A stretch of DNA of 64,000 nt from Desulfatiglandales bacterium (lineage in GTDB: Bacteria; Desulfobacterota; DSM-4660; Desulfatiglandales; Desulfatiglandaceae), in assembly GCA_963662465.1 (NCBI GenBank), contig OY759599.1, positions 2,208,001 to 2,272,000 of the forward strand. The letters run 5' to 3'. The notes under the pieces are model-generated. The model saw only the letters and a list, made by a program, of their open reading frames with translations, was not told the DNA's origin and did not search any database. Shown here one piece after another: positions 26,920-37,523 of the stretch (positions within the stretch are counted from its first letter, which is position 1; every line of letters begins with the position of its first letter). A program made the position numbers and the translations under genes.

Positions 26920-29187
26920 ATGATTGTCAAAACAGAAAAAATTAGCGACCTATCCATATGGACCGAGCGGGATTGGAAGGAAAAAATCACTGTTACGGTT
27001 TATCATGAGTATCGTCCTGTCGTCAGTTTCGATCCTGGGAAGATAAATGATAGGAGACTCGCTGCCGTACAACTTGTCGAGCTTGGTTATTGTAAAAACC
27101 GGGTTGCCGGTAAAATCTGTGGGTTTCACCGCAATACGGTTGGCAAACTGCTTCGCACCAAAAGACTTTTAGGTGTTGAGGCCATATTTGAGGACAACCG
27201 TGGTCCCAAGGCTCCCTGGAAATATATTGGCAGCATTCGCAAAACCATCAAAAAACTTATCCGCGAGAATCCTGACTGGACTGACCAGCAGATTGCAAAT
27301 GCCGCGGAAAAGCAAACTGAAACGACTATTTCGAGAAGTGCTGTAGCTCGTATCAGAACCGCGGACCAAGATGCAGAAACTGAAAAGCCTACAAAGCATG
27401 ACTTGGAGCAACTGGCTAAAATTGCGGATAGTATTGATTTGAAGCAACACGACGAGCGACAGCTTTCTTTCAACTTTGAGGCTGATTCTGAGTTCAAAAA
27501 GAAGGTAGATGAATTTGCTGATGAGGATACACCCAAGCCACAAACCGATACAGATAAAGTATTCCTGGATTATCTTCAACAGGGACAACGCAATGTCTTT
27601 GCCGGCATGCTTCTTCACCATCTGTTTTTAGATCATATCAACTTCCCAAATGCCTTTGATTTGCCTTCTTATTCCAATAATATGTATGATAATTATGAAG
27701 TGATGGAAACTGTCCTTTTCGGGTTGAACATCGGGTTGCCATCTATCGAATCCCATAAGCTGGTCAACAGTAGGGACATGGGGCTTTTGCTGGGACGAAC
27801 CAGTTCCCCCGATGAGACCACTATTCGGTTGCGTTTAAAACAGATGGCCGAGTTCAAGCCCTCAGAGAGCCTGATAGATTATTTCGCAAACCTGTTTCTA
27901 TCGTTGGGGTTCATCAACCCAGAGGTGTTTTTTATCGATGGGCACTTCCTTCCCTATTATGGACTGAAAGTTCTATCCAAAGGCTACCATACCGTGAGAC
28001 GAATTGTCATGAAAGGAAACGAGATTTATGTTGTCAGCGACCTTGACGGGAAGCCTTTCTTTTCAATTACCGAAGGGTGTGATATCGATTTCAGGCCGAT
28101 CATCATAAGAGCGGCCGACAAGATAATCAGCCTGGGTGTCGACCGCCCCATTGTGGTTTTTGATCGCGGTGGTTATGGTGTTCACTTTTTCAGTCAATTA
28201 TCGAAAAGGGCTGACTTTATTACGTGGGCCAGGTATGTGAAAAAAGATGAATTGAAAGACTTGGAATATACGAGCTGCTTGATGTTTAATGGGAAAAGAT
28301 ATCTCATTGCCGAGAAAACAAAACTGATTCGTGAATCGATTTCTACAGCTGCCAAAGAAGGCCGAACAGAGGCAACTTCGACAGAAGTACGTATGGTTGT
28401 TTTCAAGGAATTGGACAAGGATAGACCTGTGGCAATATATACCAGCAATCATCAAAAGCCTGCTCCTGATATTGCCGCATATATGCTTTCACGATGGGGA
28501 GAGTCTGAAAACTTTTTCAAAGAGATGATGTCCCTGTACAACTTCAATTATCATCCCGGTTATGATCTTAAAGAACTTGAAGAACAGCCTCTTGTAGATA
28601 ATCCTGAGGTAAAAACAATCAAAAAAACGATCAAGGGAATTAAACAAAAGATGGGGCAATTGGCGCTTGCAAAACAACAAACAGAGTCCAAAATAGAAGC
28701 ACGAAAAGATCTTCGTCTTAAAAAAAAGCTAAACACGCTCCAGGAAGAGATAGAGAAATACGACAAAGAGCTTGACGGTTTTCAGGCAGCCTTAAAAGAA
28801 ATGCCTGACAAAGTATCGATAATTGAAGTGCTGAAAGGCAGACCAATGAACAAGGCAGATCTGGAGAAAAAGAAGCTCTACGACCTGATACAAATGATTG
28901 CCTTTCACTCACGCGAGCATCTGGTTGGCCTGTTCCGTTCATGTTATGATGATCCGCGGGATGTGAAACAGATCCTGACAAAGGTCACAAAACTCCCTGG
29001 TTATGTGAAATTAGTCGGGAAAACACTTGTTGTGCTTTTAGATTGGATAGAGGACAAAAAGCATCGGAAGGCAGCAACAAGATTTTGCCATCTGATAAAC
29101 ACTATGTCGCCCAAATTGAGAGGTCGCATGGAGTTCGACCTTTATTTTCGCATCTCCTCAATCCCTCAAGTGGGTTATTGCTGTTAA
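26920..29187 (+). CDS. Large DDE transposase (755 aa)
   Basis: N-terminal HTH-like segments; FFIDGH, VFDRGGY and SRWGESENFFK motifs; coiled-coil insert; sole long ORF between the IRs. Confidence 0.88.
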   Translation: MIVKTEKISDLSIWTERDWKEKITVTVYHEYRPVVSFDPGKINDRRLAAVQLVELGYCKNRVAGKICGFHRNTVGKLLRTKRLLGVEAIFEDNRGPKAPWKYIGSIRKTIKKLIRENPDWTDQQIANAAEKQTETTISRSAVARIRTADQDAETEKPTKHDLEQLAKIADSIDLKQHDERQLSFNFEADSEFKKKVDEFADEDTPKPQTDTDKVFLDYLQQGQRNVFAGMLLHHLFLDHINFPNAFDLPSYSNNMYDNYEVMETVLFGLNIGLPSIESHKLVNSRDMGLLLGRTSSPDETTIRLRLKQMAEFKPSESLIDYFANLFLSLGFINPEVFFIDGHFLPYYGLKVLSKGYHTVRRIVMKGNEIYVVSDLDGKPFFSITEGCDIDFRPIIIRAADKIISLGVDRPIVVFDRGGYGVHFFSQLSKRADFITWARYVKKDELKDLEYTSCLMFNGKRYLIAEKTKLIRESISTAAKEGRTEATSTEVRMVVFKELDKDRPVAIYTSNHQKPAPDIAAYMLSRWGESENFFKEMMSLYNFNYHPGYDLKELEEQPLVDNPEVKTIKKTIKGIKQKMGQLALAKQQTESKIEARKDLRLKKKLNTLQEEIEKYDKELDGFQAALKEMPDKVSIIEVLKGRPMNKADLEKKKLYDLIQMIAFHSREHLVGLFRSCYDDPRDVKQILTKVTKLPGYVKLVGKTLVVLLDWIEDKKHRKAATRFCHLINTMSPKLRGRMEFDLYFRISSIPQVGYCC

Positions 29188-29241
29188 AGCCTTGCTCATC
29201 GTTTCAGCCATCCTACGCAGGGTATCGTGTTTCGACCACAT

Positions 29242-29267
29242 GTAGGGGCGAAAAATCTTTCGCCCTA
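29242..29267. repeat. GTAG-type REP-like hairpin within the IS right end
   Basis: GTAGGGGCGAAAAATCTTTCGCCCTA. Confidence 0.55.
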
Positions 29268-29356
29268 ATGGCCGAAACAATGATCAAGGCCGCTGTTGAA
29301 CTAAATGCACAATTTGAATTGAGAAAAAACGTCATTTACTATGATGTCTGACCCAT

Positions 29357-30692
29357 ACACGCCGGTCACATTTTGAAGATGCGCCGTTTCCGATTCCCCG
29401 GCCCCGATGAGAAACGGATTTGCCACCGTGGCAAACACCACGGGGCGGTCCTTCACCTTGTTGATGGCGGCCTGGGTACATGCCGTGGAAATGGGAACCA
29501 CAATATCCACATTCCGCTGCAGGAACTTGTCCAGAATCGTATTGACCGTCGCAAGATCGCCATTGGCGTTTTCAAGCATGATCTCAAAGTGGTTGTCCTT
29601 CTCGTAGCCCAACTGCGCCATCTCTTTGACAAAGCTGTCGCGGGTGATATTCAGCAATCCATGATCCACCACCTGAACAATCCCGATGGTGGTTGTCCGT
29701 GAATGATCCGACGGCCCCTGCATATGGCTCCTGAAAACTACCAAACCGAGAAGGATGATCCCCATGCCCACCAGGCCCAGGGTGATCCTCCGGGTGGTAA
29801 AGAGGGCTGTAATCCTTGCAAACATGTTACGAGTGCCCCCGATCCGTTTTGAAACCACGAGGGTCGCCAGCACAAAGGCGGCCGTCAGGAGTTTGAGATC
29901 AATGGGATTCATCCCCATGTAGAGCGCCGCGGCAATCATCAACCTGAAGATCACCGAACCGAGAATCACACTCAGAACGATGGCAAACATGGAACGCATT
30001 CTCAGAACGGCTTCGCCGATAATGACCGAAGCAAGGCCGATAACGATGGTCCCAATCCCCATGCCGATGTCCGCAAATCCTTGATATTGCGCAATCAGAC
30101 CACCGGACACCCCCACCAGGCCATTGGCCAGGGCCACACCGAACACCGTCATCCGGTTTACATGTATCCCCGCCGCCGCGGCCATGTCCGAATTGTTGCC
30201 GGTCACCCGCATGGCAACCCCCATGTCGGTCTTGAGAAAGAGCGACATCCCCCACCAGAACAGCGCCATGATGATCAGTAGCGCCAGTGTGATCCATGCC
30301 TCCTCGTGAAAACCCGGGTTTATGCTTTCAATCCAGGTAAAGAGGGTGATCCGGTTGAGAAGGGGGATATTGGACCGGCCCATGACATGCAGGTTGATGG
30401 AATAAAGACCGGTCATGACCAGAATTCCGGCCAACAACCCGTTGATCTTGAGGCGGGTATGGATGAGCGCCGTGATGCTTCCGGCGGCGGCGCCCGCCCC
30501 AAAAGCCGCCAGGAGCGCCACAAAGGGGTTGACGCCCGACACCATCAGAACGGCCGCTACAGCAGCCCCGGTGGTAAAGCTGCCGTCCACCGTAATATCC
30601 GGGAAATCATGCACCCGGAAGGTGAGAAACACCCCCATGGTCATGAAGCCGTAAAGAAATCCGAGGTTAAGGGCGCCGATCCAGAGTTCCAT
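29357..30692 (-). pseudogene. 5' part of the IS-disrupted ABC permease/substrate-binding fusion gene
   Basis: MELWIGALNLG..FPDITVDGSF permease followed by IGIVQVVDHGLL..PVVFATV binding domain; reconstructed gene is 639 aa. Confidence 0.9.
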
Positions 30693-31917
30693 TCGTTTCT
30701 CCCACTTCCATCTCCACCACGCCCACGACCCCGTTTTTGAAAAGGCTGCGACCCATGAGATGCTGAATTCCGAGGGGTTCAAACTCAGTCAATATGCGCA
30801 GGATCTCATGTTCAAAACCGGCCGGATCAGTGCTGAAAAGCCCCTTGCCGAAGAGACCCGCATGCACATGGAAATCCTGCCCCCTGGGGATGCATGACTG
30901 CATGGATCGGGGTAGAAGCCCCCTCTCCCTCACCGCAATTCCCACACCCGCAACCACATGGTGGATAAAGGCCGGTTCCACCGGTAGATCCATCCAGTCA
31001 TGGATGTGGGCAGGGCTAAAAATATCTTCTCCCGCCCCGGTCTGAAGGTCGCTTATGGGAACCCGCTTGAGATGCATCCCCCATATCCCCCTGCTCTCCC
31101 CCAGGAACACCAAGCCCAGAAGAGGGGCATCTGAAATTTGGAAAAGGGCCTTGATCAGGTTATCCAGAGACGCCCCGCAGTCCGCGCCCTCAAAGGCTGC
31201 CACATGGCGGTATGCTCCCTGGAAAGTGAGTCCATTTAAAAACCGGTATGGAATAGGCGGGTTCCCTTTTGACCAGAGCATGAAGTCCACGGCCGCTTGT
31301 TTAACCGCCGGATAGAAAAAGAAATTGTGATCAATCACCATAGCCTCGCCGAAGAGGTCCTTGAAATGATCCCATTGCCGGCCAAGGCTTCCCAGTCCCA
31401 AACCGAACTTCATGTGGCAAGACTGAACCGTGGCCACGTCCCCCGCTTCATAGGCGGCATAGATCAACCCCTTCGGGTCTCCCAGAAGGTTCATTGAACC
31501 CGGGGACCCTTCTTTTTCCAGACAGTTGAAGCGAATGCCGCAGATGTTTTTTGAAACCGGTTCTGAATCTTTTACGTCATCCCGAACCGTCAGGGCAGCT
31601 TCCTCCCGGGTCGCAACAATGCGAAAAAGCGTATCCAGACCGCTCATCTTCAGCAAATCCTGAACATCCGGCTGAACATGGGCCATGATAATCTGCCCCC
31701 CCACCCGCATGAGTTTTTTCTGAGCCGTCAAAAAAACGCGGATGCCCGCGCTGCTCATATAGTTGACCCCTTCCAGGTCCGCACCGATAATCCGTTCACC
31801 GGCGGCCAGAAGCGCATCCAGCTTCCGACCGATTTCTCCGGCGCTCATGGCATCTATACGGCCCTTCAAGATCAGCCATCCAAGACCGAAACTCTCTTCA
31901 TTGGTGCATTCAAGCAT
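30667..31917 (-). CDS. STAS (anti-sigma antagonist) domain fused to an unrecognised ~300 aa domain
   Basis: LKGRIDA..DLEGVNYMSSAGIRVFL..LKMSGLD. Confidence 0.8.
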   Translation of the reverse strand: MLECTNEESFGLGWLILKGRIDAMSAGEIGRKLDALLAAGERIIGADLEGVNYMSSAGIRVFLTAQKKLMRVGGQIIMAHVQPDVQDLLKMSGLDTLFRIVATREEAALTVRDDVKDSEPVSKNICGIRFNCLEKEGSPGSMNLLGDPKGLIYAAYEAGDVATVQSCHMKFGLGLGSLGRQWDHFKDLFGEAMVIDHNFFFYPAVKQAAVDFMLWSKGNPPIPYRFLNGLTFQGAYRHVAAFEGADCGASLDNLIKALFQISDAPLLGLVFLGESRGIWGMHLKRVPISDLQTGAGEDIFSPAHIHDWMDLPVEPAFIHHVVAGVGIAVRERGLLPRSMQSCIPRGQDFHVHAGLFGKGLFSTDPAGFEHEILRILTEFEPLGIQHLMGRSLFKNGVVGVVEMEVGETNGTLDRRP

Positions 31918-32104
31918 CCTTGCTTCCTTCCGCTAAGGCTTTCCGGGTTTTGCAATCTCGCCTATTCGTCCTCGGACTTGACTTGAACAAAATTACCGGT
32001 CCCCTGCCATATAGCGCAAACCCGCAGGCGGATCAAGTCTTTGACGCTGACAGCCTTGATATTTTATCCTGAAAGGCAAATTTGTTTCATTAACCCAACA
32101 TACG

Positions 32105-32146
32105 AAAAAACGGCCGTCCTTAATAAAAAAGACGGCCGTTCTTTTA
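32105..32146. terminator. Probable intrinsic terminator of htpG
   Basis: AAAAAA-CGGCCGTC..GACGGCCG-TTCTTTT just past the htpG stop. Confidence 0.7.
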
Positions 32147-32168
32147 AATGGAGATGTATGGTTCGGGA

Positions 32169-34097
32169 TTAAAAAGCGCCGACCAGCAATTGACCCACCT
32201 GTTTGTTGAAACGGGAGGGGTTGTCGATTTTCCCGCCCTCGCCGATCACCGCCATGTCAAACAGCAACTGGCTGTAATCTTTCAGTTTGGGATCATCCTT
32301 GTCGGCTTCAAATATTTCCTTCATTTTTGTAATGGCCGGGTGATCCGCGTTCAACTCCAGCACCCGTTTGGCGTCGGGAGCGGTATTTCCGGTGGCCTTC
32401 ATGATCTTTTCCATGTAGGCGCTCATATCTTCCGCATCGCTGGAGAGACACGCCACGGAATCCTTGAGCCGCGTTGAGGGGCGCACTTCCTTGATCTTTT
32501 CATCCAGCTGACCTTTGATGAATTCAAACAGGGAATTGAGGTCTTTCTTTTTTTCTTCCGTTTTTTCATCATCAATCTTCAAATCCCCTTTTTCAGCACT
32601 CTTGAGGGGTTTTTTGTCATATTCGGTCAGAGCCTGGACCACCCATTCATCGATGGGGTCCGTCATGAGCAGCACTTCATAGTCCTTTGCCTTTAACGCT
32701 TCCAGGTGGGGACTGTTAATGAGGGTGGAAATGTTCTCCCCGGTCATATAATAGATCCCTTCCTGCTCCGGCTTCATGTTAACCACGTACTCTTTAAGCG
32801 ACACATACTTGCCGTCGGACTTGGTGGTTTTGTAGCGTGCCAGATCCGCAATCTTGTCCTTGTTGTCCCAGTCCGAATGGATGCCCTCTTTGAGCACCAT
32901 GCCGAAGGCCTCAAAGAATTTTTCGTAAGTCTCCTTGTCCATTTCCCCGAGATGGTTCAGCACATTTTTGATGATGTTCTTTCGAATGTTTCGAACCATC
33001 TTGTCCTGCTGCAAAATTTCCCGGCTGACATTCAGGTTCAAATCCATGGCATCCACAACACCCTTGATAAACCGCAGGTATTCGGGGATCAGGTCCTTAC
33101 AGTTTTCCATAATGAACACCCGACGGGAAAAGAGCCGGATGCCGTGCTTTCGTTCAACCGTGAAGAAATCAAAGGGCGCCTTTTCAGGAACAAACAACAG
33201 CATGGTATATTCCACCACCCCTTCCAGTTTCACGTGGATATGGGACAGGGGATCATTCCAGTCATGGCTGATGTGCTTGTAAAACTCCTTGTACTCCTCT
33301 TCCGTGATCTCGGATTTACTCCGGGTCCAGATGGCCTTCATGGAATTAAGGGTTTCATCCTCCCGCACTTTCCGGGTGGTGGAAAGGGGTTTTCCATCCG
33401 TGCCCTTAAGCTGCTCGGCCTCGGGAATGGGTTCGGATTTTTCCACCTCCATAAGAATGGGATAGCGAACAAAGTCCGAATGCTTCTTCACGGTCTCACG
33501 AATCACCCATTCATCCGTATAATCGTCATCGGCTTTCTCTTCGGGGTCTTTCAGCTCAAGGAGGATAGTAGTCCCCCGTCCCTCTTTCTCAACTTCTTCG
33601 ATGGTGTAAGAACCATCCCCCGTGGATTCCCACCGGGCCGCAGTATCCGAACCCGCGGCCTTTGTAATCAGGGTCACCTTATTGGCCACGATAAAGGCGC
33701 TGTAGAAACCAACTCCGAATTTCCCAATAAGATCAGGGGCCAGGGCATCCCCTTTCGTTGAATTTTTAAGGGCCTCCACGAATGCGGATGTCCCGCTTTT
33801 GGCGATGGTGCCGATATTCTCCATGACCTCCTCATAGGTCATGCCGACACCGTTATCCGAGATTTCGAGGGTCTTTTTTTCCTTATTGGGGGTAACCCGG
33901 ATAAAAAAATCGGCGTCGTCACCCAGGATCTCCGCATCGGTCTGGGCTTTAAAGCGCAGCCGGTCGATGGCATCCGATGAATTGGAGATCAATTCCCTCA
34001 GAAATATATCCCGGTTGGAATATAAAGAATTGATAATAAGATTGAGAATCTGCTGAATTTCCGTCTTGAATTGATGGGTCTCTTGTTTTCCTGTCAT
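32169..34097 (-). CDS. htpG: Chaperone HtpG (Hsp90)
   Basis: [42 protein letters not shown] before ATG 34097. Confidence 0.97.
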   Translation of the reverse strand: MTGKQETHQFKTEIQQILNLIINSLYSNRDIFLRELISNSSDAIDRLRFKAQTDAEILGDDADFFIRVTPNKEKKTLEISDNGVGMTYEEVMENIGTIAKSGTSAFVEALKNSTKGDALAPDLIGKFGVGFYSAFIVANKVTLITKAAGSDTAARWESTGDGSYTIEEVEKEGRGTTILLELKDPEEKADDDYTDEWVIRETVKKHSDFVRYPILMEVEKSEPIPEAEQLKGTDGKPLSTTRKVREDETLNSMKAIWTRSKSEITEEEYKEFYKHISHDWNDPLSHIHVKLEGVVEYTMLLFVPEKAPFDFFTVERKHGIRLFSRRVFIMENCKDLIPEYLRFIKGVVDAMDLNLNVSREILQQDKMVRNIRKNIIKNVLNHLGEMDKETYEKFFEAFGMVLKEGIHSDWDNKDKIADLARYKTTKSDGKYVSLKEYVVNMKPEQEGIYYMTGENISTLINSPHLEALKAKDYEVLLMTDPIDEWVVQALTEYDKKPLKSAEKGDLKIDDEKTEEKKKDLNSLFEFIKGQLDEKIKEVRPSTRLKDSVACLSSDAEDMSAYMEKIMKATGNTAPDAKRVLELNADHPAITKMKEIFEADKDDPKLKDYSQLLFDMAVIGEGGKIDNPSRFNKQVGQLLVGAF

Positions 34098-34147
34098 ATT
34101 ATCTCCTCGCTGCCGGTTTGATTTCATCTTCCAAAATTTACCCCTAT

Positions 34148-34176
34148 AACATGGGCTCAAATTTCTCGTTGTCAAG
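34148..34176 (-). promoter_or_regulatory. Candidate sigma32-like heat-shock promoter
   Basis: Minus strand CTTGAC-N15-CCCATGT resembles the CTTGAA/CCCCAT consensus and lies upstream of htpG. Confidence 0.5.
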
Positions 34177-34323
34177 ATCTTCCGGAAGACTCTGAAGGGC
34201 AGTCGTCGCTTTCCTCGCCGCATCGGTGGATTTTTTCCTTGACAGACCCGTGCCATCAAGGGGAAACCAGGGGCGATAGGTGTGAATTTTCCATTCTACC
34301 AAAACCGTGGAGGTTACTTCGAC

Positions 34324-35136
34324 ATGATCGGTGTTTTTGATTCAGGATTTGGCGGGCTCACCATTTTGAGTGCATTTTTAAAACTGCTTCCAGACTATGA
34401 TTATCTCTATCTGGGCGACAGCGCCCGCACGCCCTATGGCAACAAAAGTCAGGACGTCATCTATACCTACACCCGCCAGGCGGTGAATTTTCTGTTCAGC
34501 AAAGGGTGTACCCTGGTGATCCTCGCCTGCAATACGGCCTCAACCAAGGCCCTTCGCAGAATTCAGCGGGAGTGGCTTCCGGCAAACTATCCAAACCGTC
34601 GTGTTCTGGGCGTTGTCATTCCCCTGGCCGAATCCGCCGTTCTGTCCGCACGCCGCGGCCGCATCGGCGTCATCGGAACCCAGGCCACCATCGAATCAAA
34701 GGTCTACGAGGAAGAACTGCGAAAGCTTGGAACGGGACTCAAGATTTACGGGCAGGCCTGTCCCCTTCTGGTCCCTCTGGTGGAGGAAGGTTGGGCGGGA
34801 AAACCGGAATCCAACATGATTCTCAAAAAATATCTACTCCGCATGAAACGCAACAACATCGATACCCTCATCCTGGGATGCACCCACTACCGGTTTTTGG
34901 AAAAGGACATCTCCCGAATCATGGGAAAAAACTGCCGGGTATTGAACGGCCCCGAAATCATTGCGGAGAAACTCAAGGATTACTTGAGGAGACACCCTGA
35001 AATTGAAACCCGGATTCCTAAAAACAGCGTTGTCGCCTATTGCACCACCGATGACCCCGAACGATTCAGGGTATTTGGCGAGAAATTCCTGAACCGGCAC
35101 ATCCCATCCGTTGAGCGGGTGATAATGGCGCAATAA
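34324..35136 (+). CDS. murI: Glutamate racemase
   Basis: IGVFDSGFGGLT, ACNTAS, LGCTHY. Confidence 0.96.
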   Translation: MIGVFDSGFGGLTILSAFLKLLPDYDYLYLGDSARTPYGNKSQDVIYTYTRQAVNFLFSKGCTLVILACNTASTKALRRIQREWLPANYPNRRVLGVVIPLAESAVLSARRGRIGVIGTQATIESKVYEEELRKLGTGLKIYGQACPLLVPLVEEGWAGKPESNMILKKYLLRMKRNNIDTLILGCTHYRFLEKDISRIMGKNCRVLNGPEIIAEKLKDYLRRHPEIETRIPKNSVVAYCTTDDPERFRVFGEKFLNRHIPSVERVIMAQ

Positions 35137-35257
35137 ACCGGAAAAAAACAAGCCCCCGGGGGTTGCTATTTATGCTCTGGAATGATATTTGGGTTTGATG
35201 ACGACGTAAAATACCATAAACAGCATTGCCTTGACAAAACCCCCAGGGAGAAAGCAA

Positions 35258-35623
35258 ATGACCGAAAACATTCCAGAACAAATCAACTTTACCTTCAACA
35301 AACAAAGCCTGTGCCGAGAGGAGTCCGTTACGGACCTCAGGGTAGGGTCCATCAGGTGCCTTAGACCCATCAATCCGGACGGAACCGACGACGAAAAACG
35401 GATGACCGTCTTCATGGGACATACCCAGCTCCACTCGCCCCAGGGGCTTGTTCCCCTTCAAGCGCCATTGCAGGCAACAACCCTGGAACAGGCCATCGAC
35501 GAATTTCCCATTGCCATGAAAAAAGCCCTTGAAGAGATGCTGGCAAGGGCGCAACAAATGCAGGCCCAACAACAAGCCGCGCAAAAACAAAATGAGTCCC
35601 GCATCATCACGCCCGGAAGATAG
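35258..35623 (+). CDS. Conserved hypothetical cytoplasmic protein
   Basis: GGGAG RBS; REESVTDLRVGSI..SRIITPGR. Confidence 0.75.
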   Translation: MTENIPEQINFTFNKQSLCREESVTDLRVGSIRCLRPINPDGTDDEKRMTVFMGHTQLHSPQGLVPLQAPLQATTLEQAIDEFPIAMKKALEEMLARAQQMQAQQQAAQKQNESRIITPGR

Positions 35624-35628
35624 CCTTC

Positions 35629-36000
35629 TTGCCCTCTCAATATAACATTTTTGAACACGAATTGCCGGGCGGTTTTAAAGTGTTTGCCGGAAAAACCGAT
35701 GTGGACAACGATCATCTCAGCATCAAACTGGCAAAACCCAATGACTTCTGGTTCCATGTGCGGGGAATGCCAGGCAGCCACGTGGTACTGAGGGCCAGCG
35801 CGGAAAAAGAACCCGATCGCGAAACCTTGAAACGCGCCGCCGCCGTAGCCGCCTATTACAGCAAGGCGCGTAACGGCGGCGTCGTACCGGTCTCATGCAC
35901 CCGGGCCCGGTATGTCACAAAGCCCAGAGGGGCCAAACCGGGTCTGGTTCAAATTCGGAAAGAATCCACCTTGAAAGTGCGCCCTTCCCTGCCTGAATGA
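35629..36000 (+). CDS. NFACT RNA-binding domain protein (DUF814)
   Basis: GK...ND.LS, DFWFHVRGMPGSHVV, AAAVAAYYSK, KPRGAKPG. Confidence 0.88.
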   Translation: MPSQYNIFEHELPGGFKVFAGKTDVDNDHLSIKLAKPNDFWFHVRGMPGSHVVLRASAEKEPDRETLKRAAAVAAYYSKARNGGVVPVSCTRARYVTKPRGAKPGLVQIRKESTLKVRPSLPE

Positions 36001-36018
36001 CAGCGCTTCACCCAGACA

Positions 36019-37470
36019 TTACATCCCCGTATCAAATTCCAACAGCAGACCCTTGTCGATGGTGACGTCCCCCACCGGAAGGGGTTCGTCCATCCCTTTC
36101 AGGTAGACCATGACCTCATATTTCCCCGGGGAAACCGGAAAAGCCTTCCACAAGGGATAATCGTTGTCCCATCTCCGACGCACCTGAAGGACTTTGTCCC
36201 GGTTTTCTGAATCGATCAAGTCAAAACCGGTCATGGGCTGGTCGTTTTTCTTGATCTGGATACCGCTGTCAATGGTCAAAACCGTTTCCGAATTGGCCTT
36301 TATTGCCATACCCCGTGCCAGAATCGCCGGCGCAGGCATGGTTTTGTAGTGGTATTCAAAAGCATATGTACCGGGAGGCAGGGGTTTGGTGGTAAAGAAG
36401 TAGTAATCGTTGTTCTTGCCGGGCGTCATCAATACGAATTTTCCGTCGGCGCTGCGCAAAGTCACGGAACCGGCCGGAATACGCTTGAGGCCGTCGGAGA
36501 CATTAAACACCAGGGCGCCCAATTGAAGATCCGTTGTTTCACCCCCATTGATGGTGACGGAAATGGGGCCGATTTCAGAAGGTTTTTTGTAATTGGCGTT
36601 GGCGTATCCTAAATTGACATCATATTCACCGGCCGGTAGGGGATGGGTGCTGTCTGCCTTGGGATTCTCGGCGGTTTTAAGGGTCTTATTGTCTGTTTTC
36701 CTGACAATCCGAATACAAGCGAGACTTTTCTCCCCACCCGGGGGATAAGTCACCCGTAGTTTGCCCAGACCTGTTTTGGCTTTTTTCCGGGTGGTTCGGG
36801 CTTTCTCAACTTCCACCTTTTTCACCACTTCCCGCTGCATACTTTGAAATGCGGAAGACAGATCCCCGGCATTGCCGGCACTGTAATAAACACCACCGCC
36901 CGCTTCAGCAAGACAGGAAAGCTGTTCTTTCTCCTGAGCACTCACATCAAACCCGACCACATGCAGAATAAACTTGATCCCTGTTTTCTTAAGTTCACGC
37001 ACGACCCCGCAGGGATCCGGGTTGCAGGTTTCCAATCCGTCGCTTACAAGAATAATGGTCGTTTCGTTTTCTTTGGATTTAAGCGCTTTAACAACCAATT
37101 TGATGGAATCGGCAATGGGGGTTTTGCCTTTGGGATTGATAGCGCTGACTTTTTCGAGAAGCAAGGCGCGATCATTGCCGCCCGCTGGGATAATGATCTC
37201 AATATCGTCACAACGCCCTTTCCAGCGATGACCATAGACAGTCAAACCCAGCCTGACTTCTTCGGGAAGTGAAGGGACCAGTTCCTTAAGCACCTTTTTA
37301 GCCGCCTCTATCTTGGCTTCGCCTCCGGCCTTGCCCCACATAGAGCCCGAACCATCGAGAATAATCATCACCTCGGGAAAATTGGCGGTTGCAGCCCGAG
37401 CCGGCAGACTGAAAGCACAAACAACAAAAAACAACAAAATGGAAACCCAATAAGCACGTCGCATAATCAT
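36019..37470 (-). CDS. Secreted VWA-domain protein
   Basis: Signal peptide, LDGSGSM MIDAS motif, GKTPIA, VSDGLETC. Confidence 0.88.
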   Translation of the reverse strand: MIMRRAYWVSILLFFVVCAFSLPARAATANFPEVMIILDGSGSMWGKAGGEAKIEAAKKVLKELVPSLPEEVRLGLTVYGHRWKGRCDDIEIIIPAGGNDRALLLEKVSAINPKGKTPIADSIKLVVKALKSKENETTIILVSDGLETCNPDPCGVVRELKKTGIKFILHVVGFDVSAQEKEQLSCLAEAGGGVYYSAGNAGDLSSAFQSMQREVVKKVEVEKARTTRKKAKTGLGKLRVTYPPGGEKSLACIRIVRKTDNKTLKTAENPKADSTHPLPAGEYDVNLGYANANYKKPSEIGPISVTINGGETTDLQLGALVFNVSDGLKRIPAGSVTLRSADGKFVLMTPGKNNDYYFFTTKPLPPGTYAFEYHYKTMPAPAILARGMAIKANSETVLTIDSGIQIKKNDQPMTGFDLIDSENRDKVLQVRRRWDNDYPLWKAFPVSPGKYEVMVYLKGMDEPLPVGDVTIDKGLLLEFDTGM

Positions 37471-37523
37471 CCTCCTTGCAATAAAATTTATAACAATTTC
37501 AAATTATTAACAAATAAAACAAC

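Larger units (their letters stand above)
26743..29350 (+). mobile_element. Insertion sequence, 2608 bp, DDE type, family unassigned
   Basis: Target duplication ACCCAT (26737-26742 and 29351-29356); terminal IRs CAGAGTTCCTGGTAAATGAC / CAGACATCATAGTAAATGAC (16/20); more AT-rich than the flanks. Confidence 0.93.

Noticed and set aside
29301..29356. C-terminus SDIIVNDVFSQFKLCI of the 493 aa ORF
   Set aside because: Read-through into the IS end; the true gene continues at 26742.
32706..33761. 351 aa + strand ORF, and similar long antisense ORFs at 18905-19753, 21236-22069 and 53897-54784
   Set aside because: They overlap well-supported genes on the opposite strand or in another frame and show no recognisable domains.
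34098..34259. Long N-terminal extensions in the ORF track (htpG; also ORFs starting at 13193, 22383, 30782 and 44822)
   Set aside because: Downstream ATGs match family starts and most have clear RBSs.
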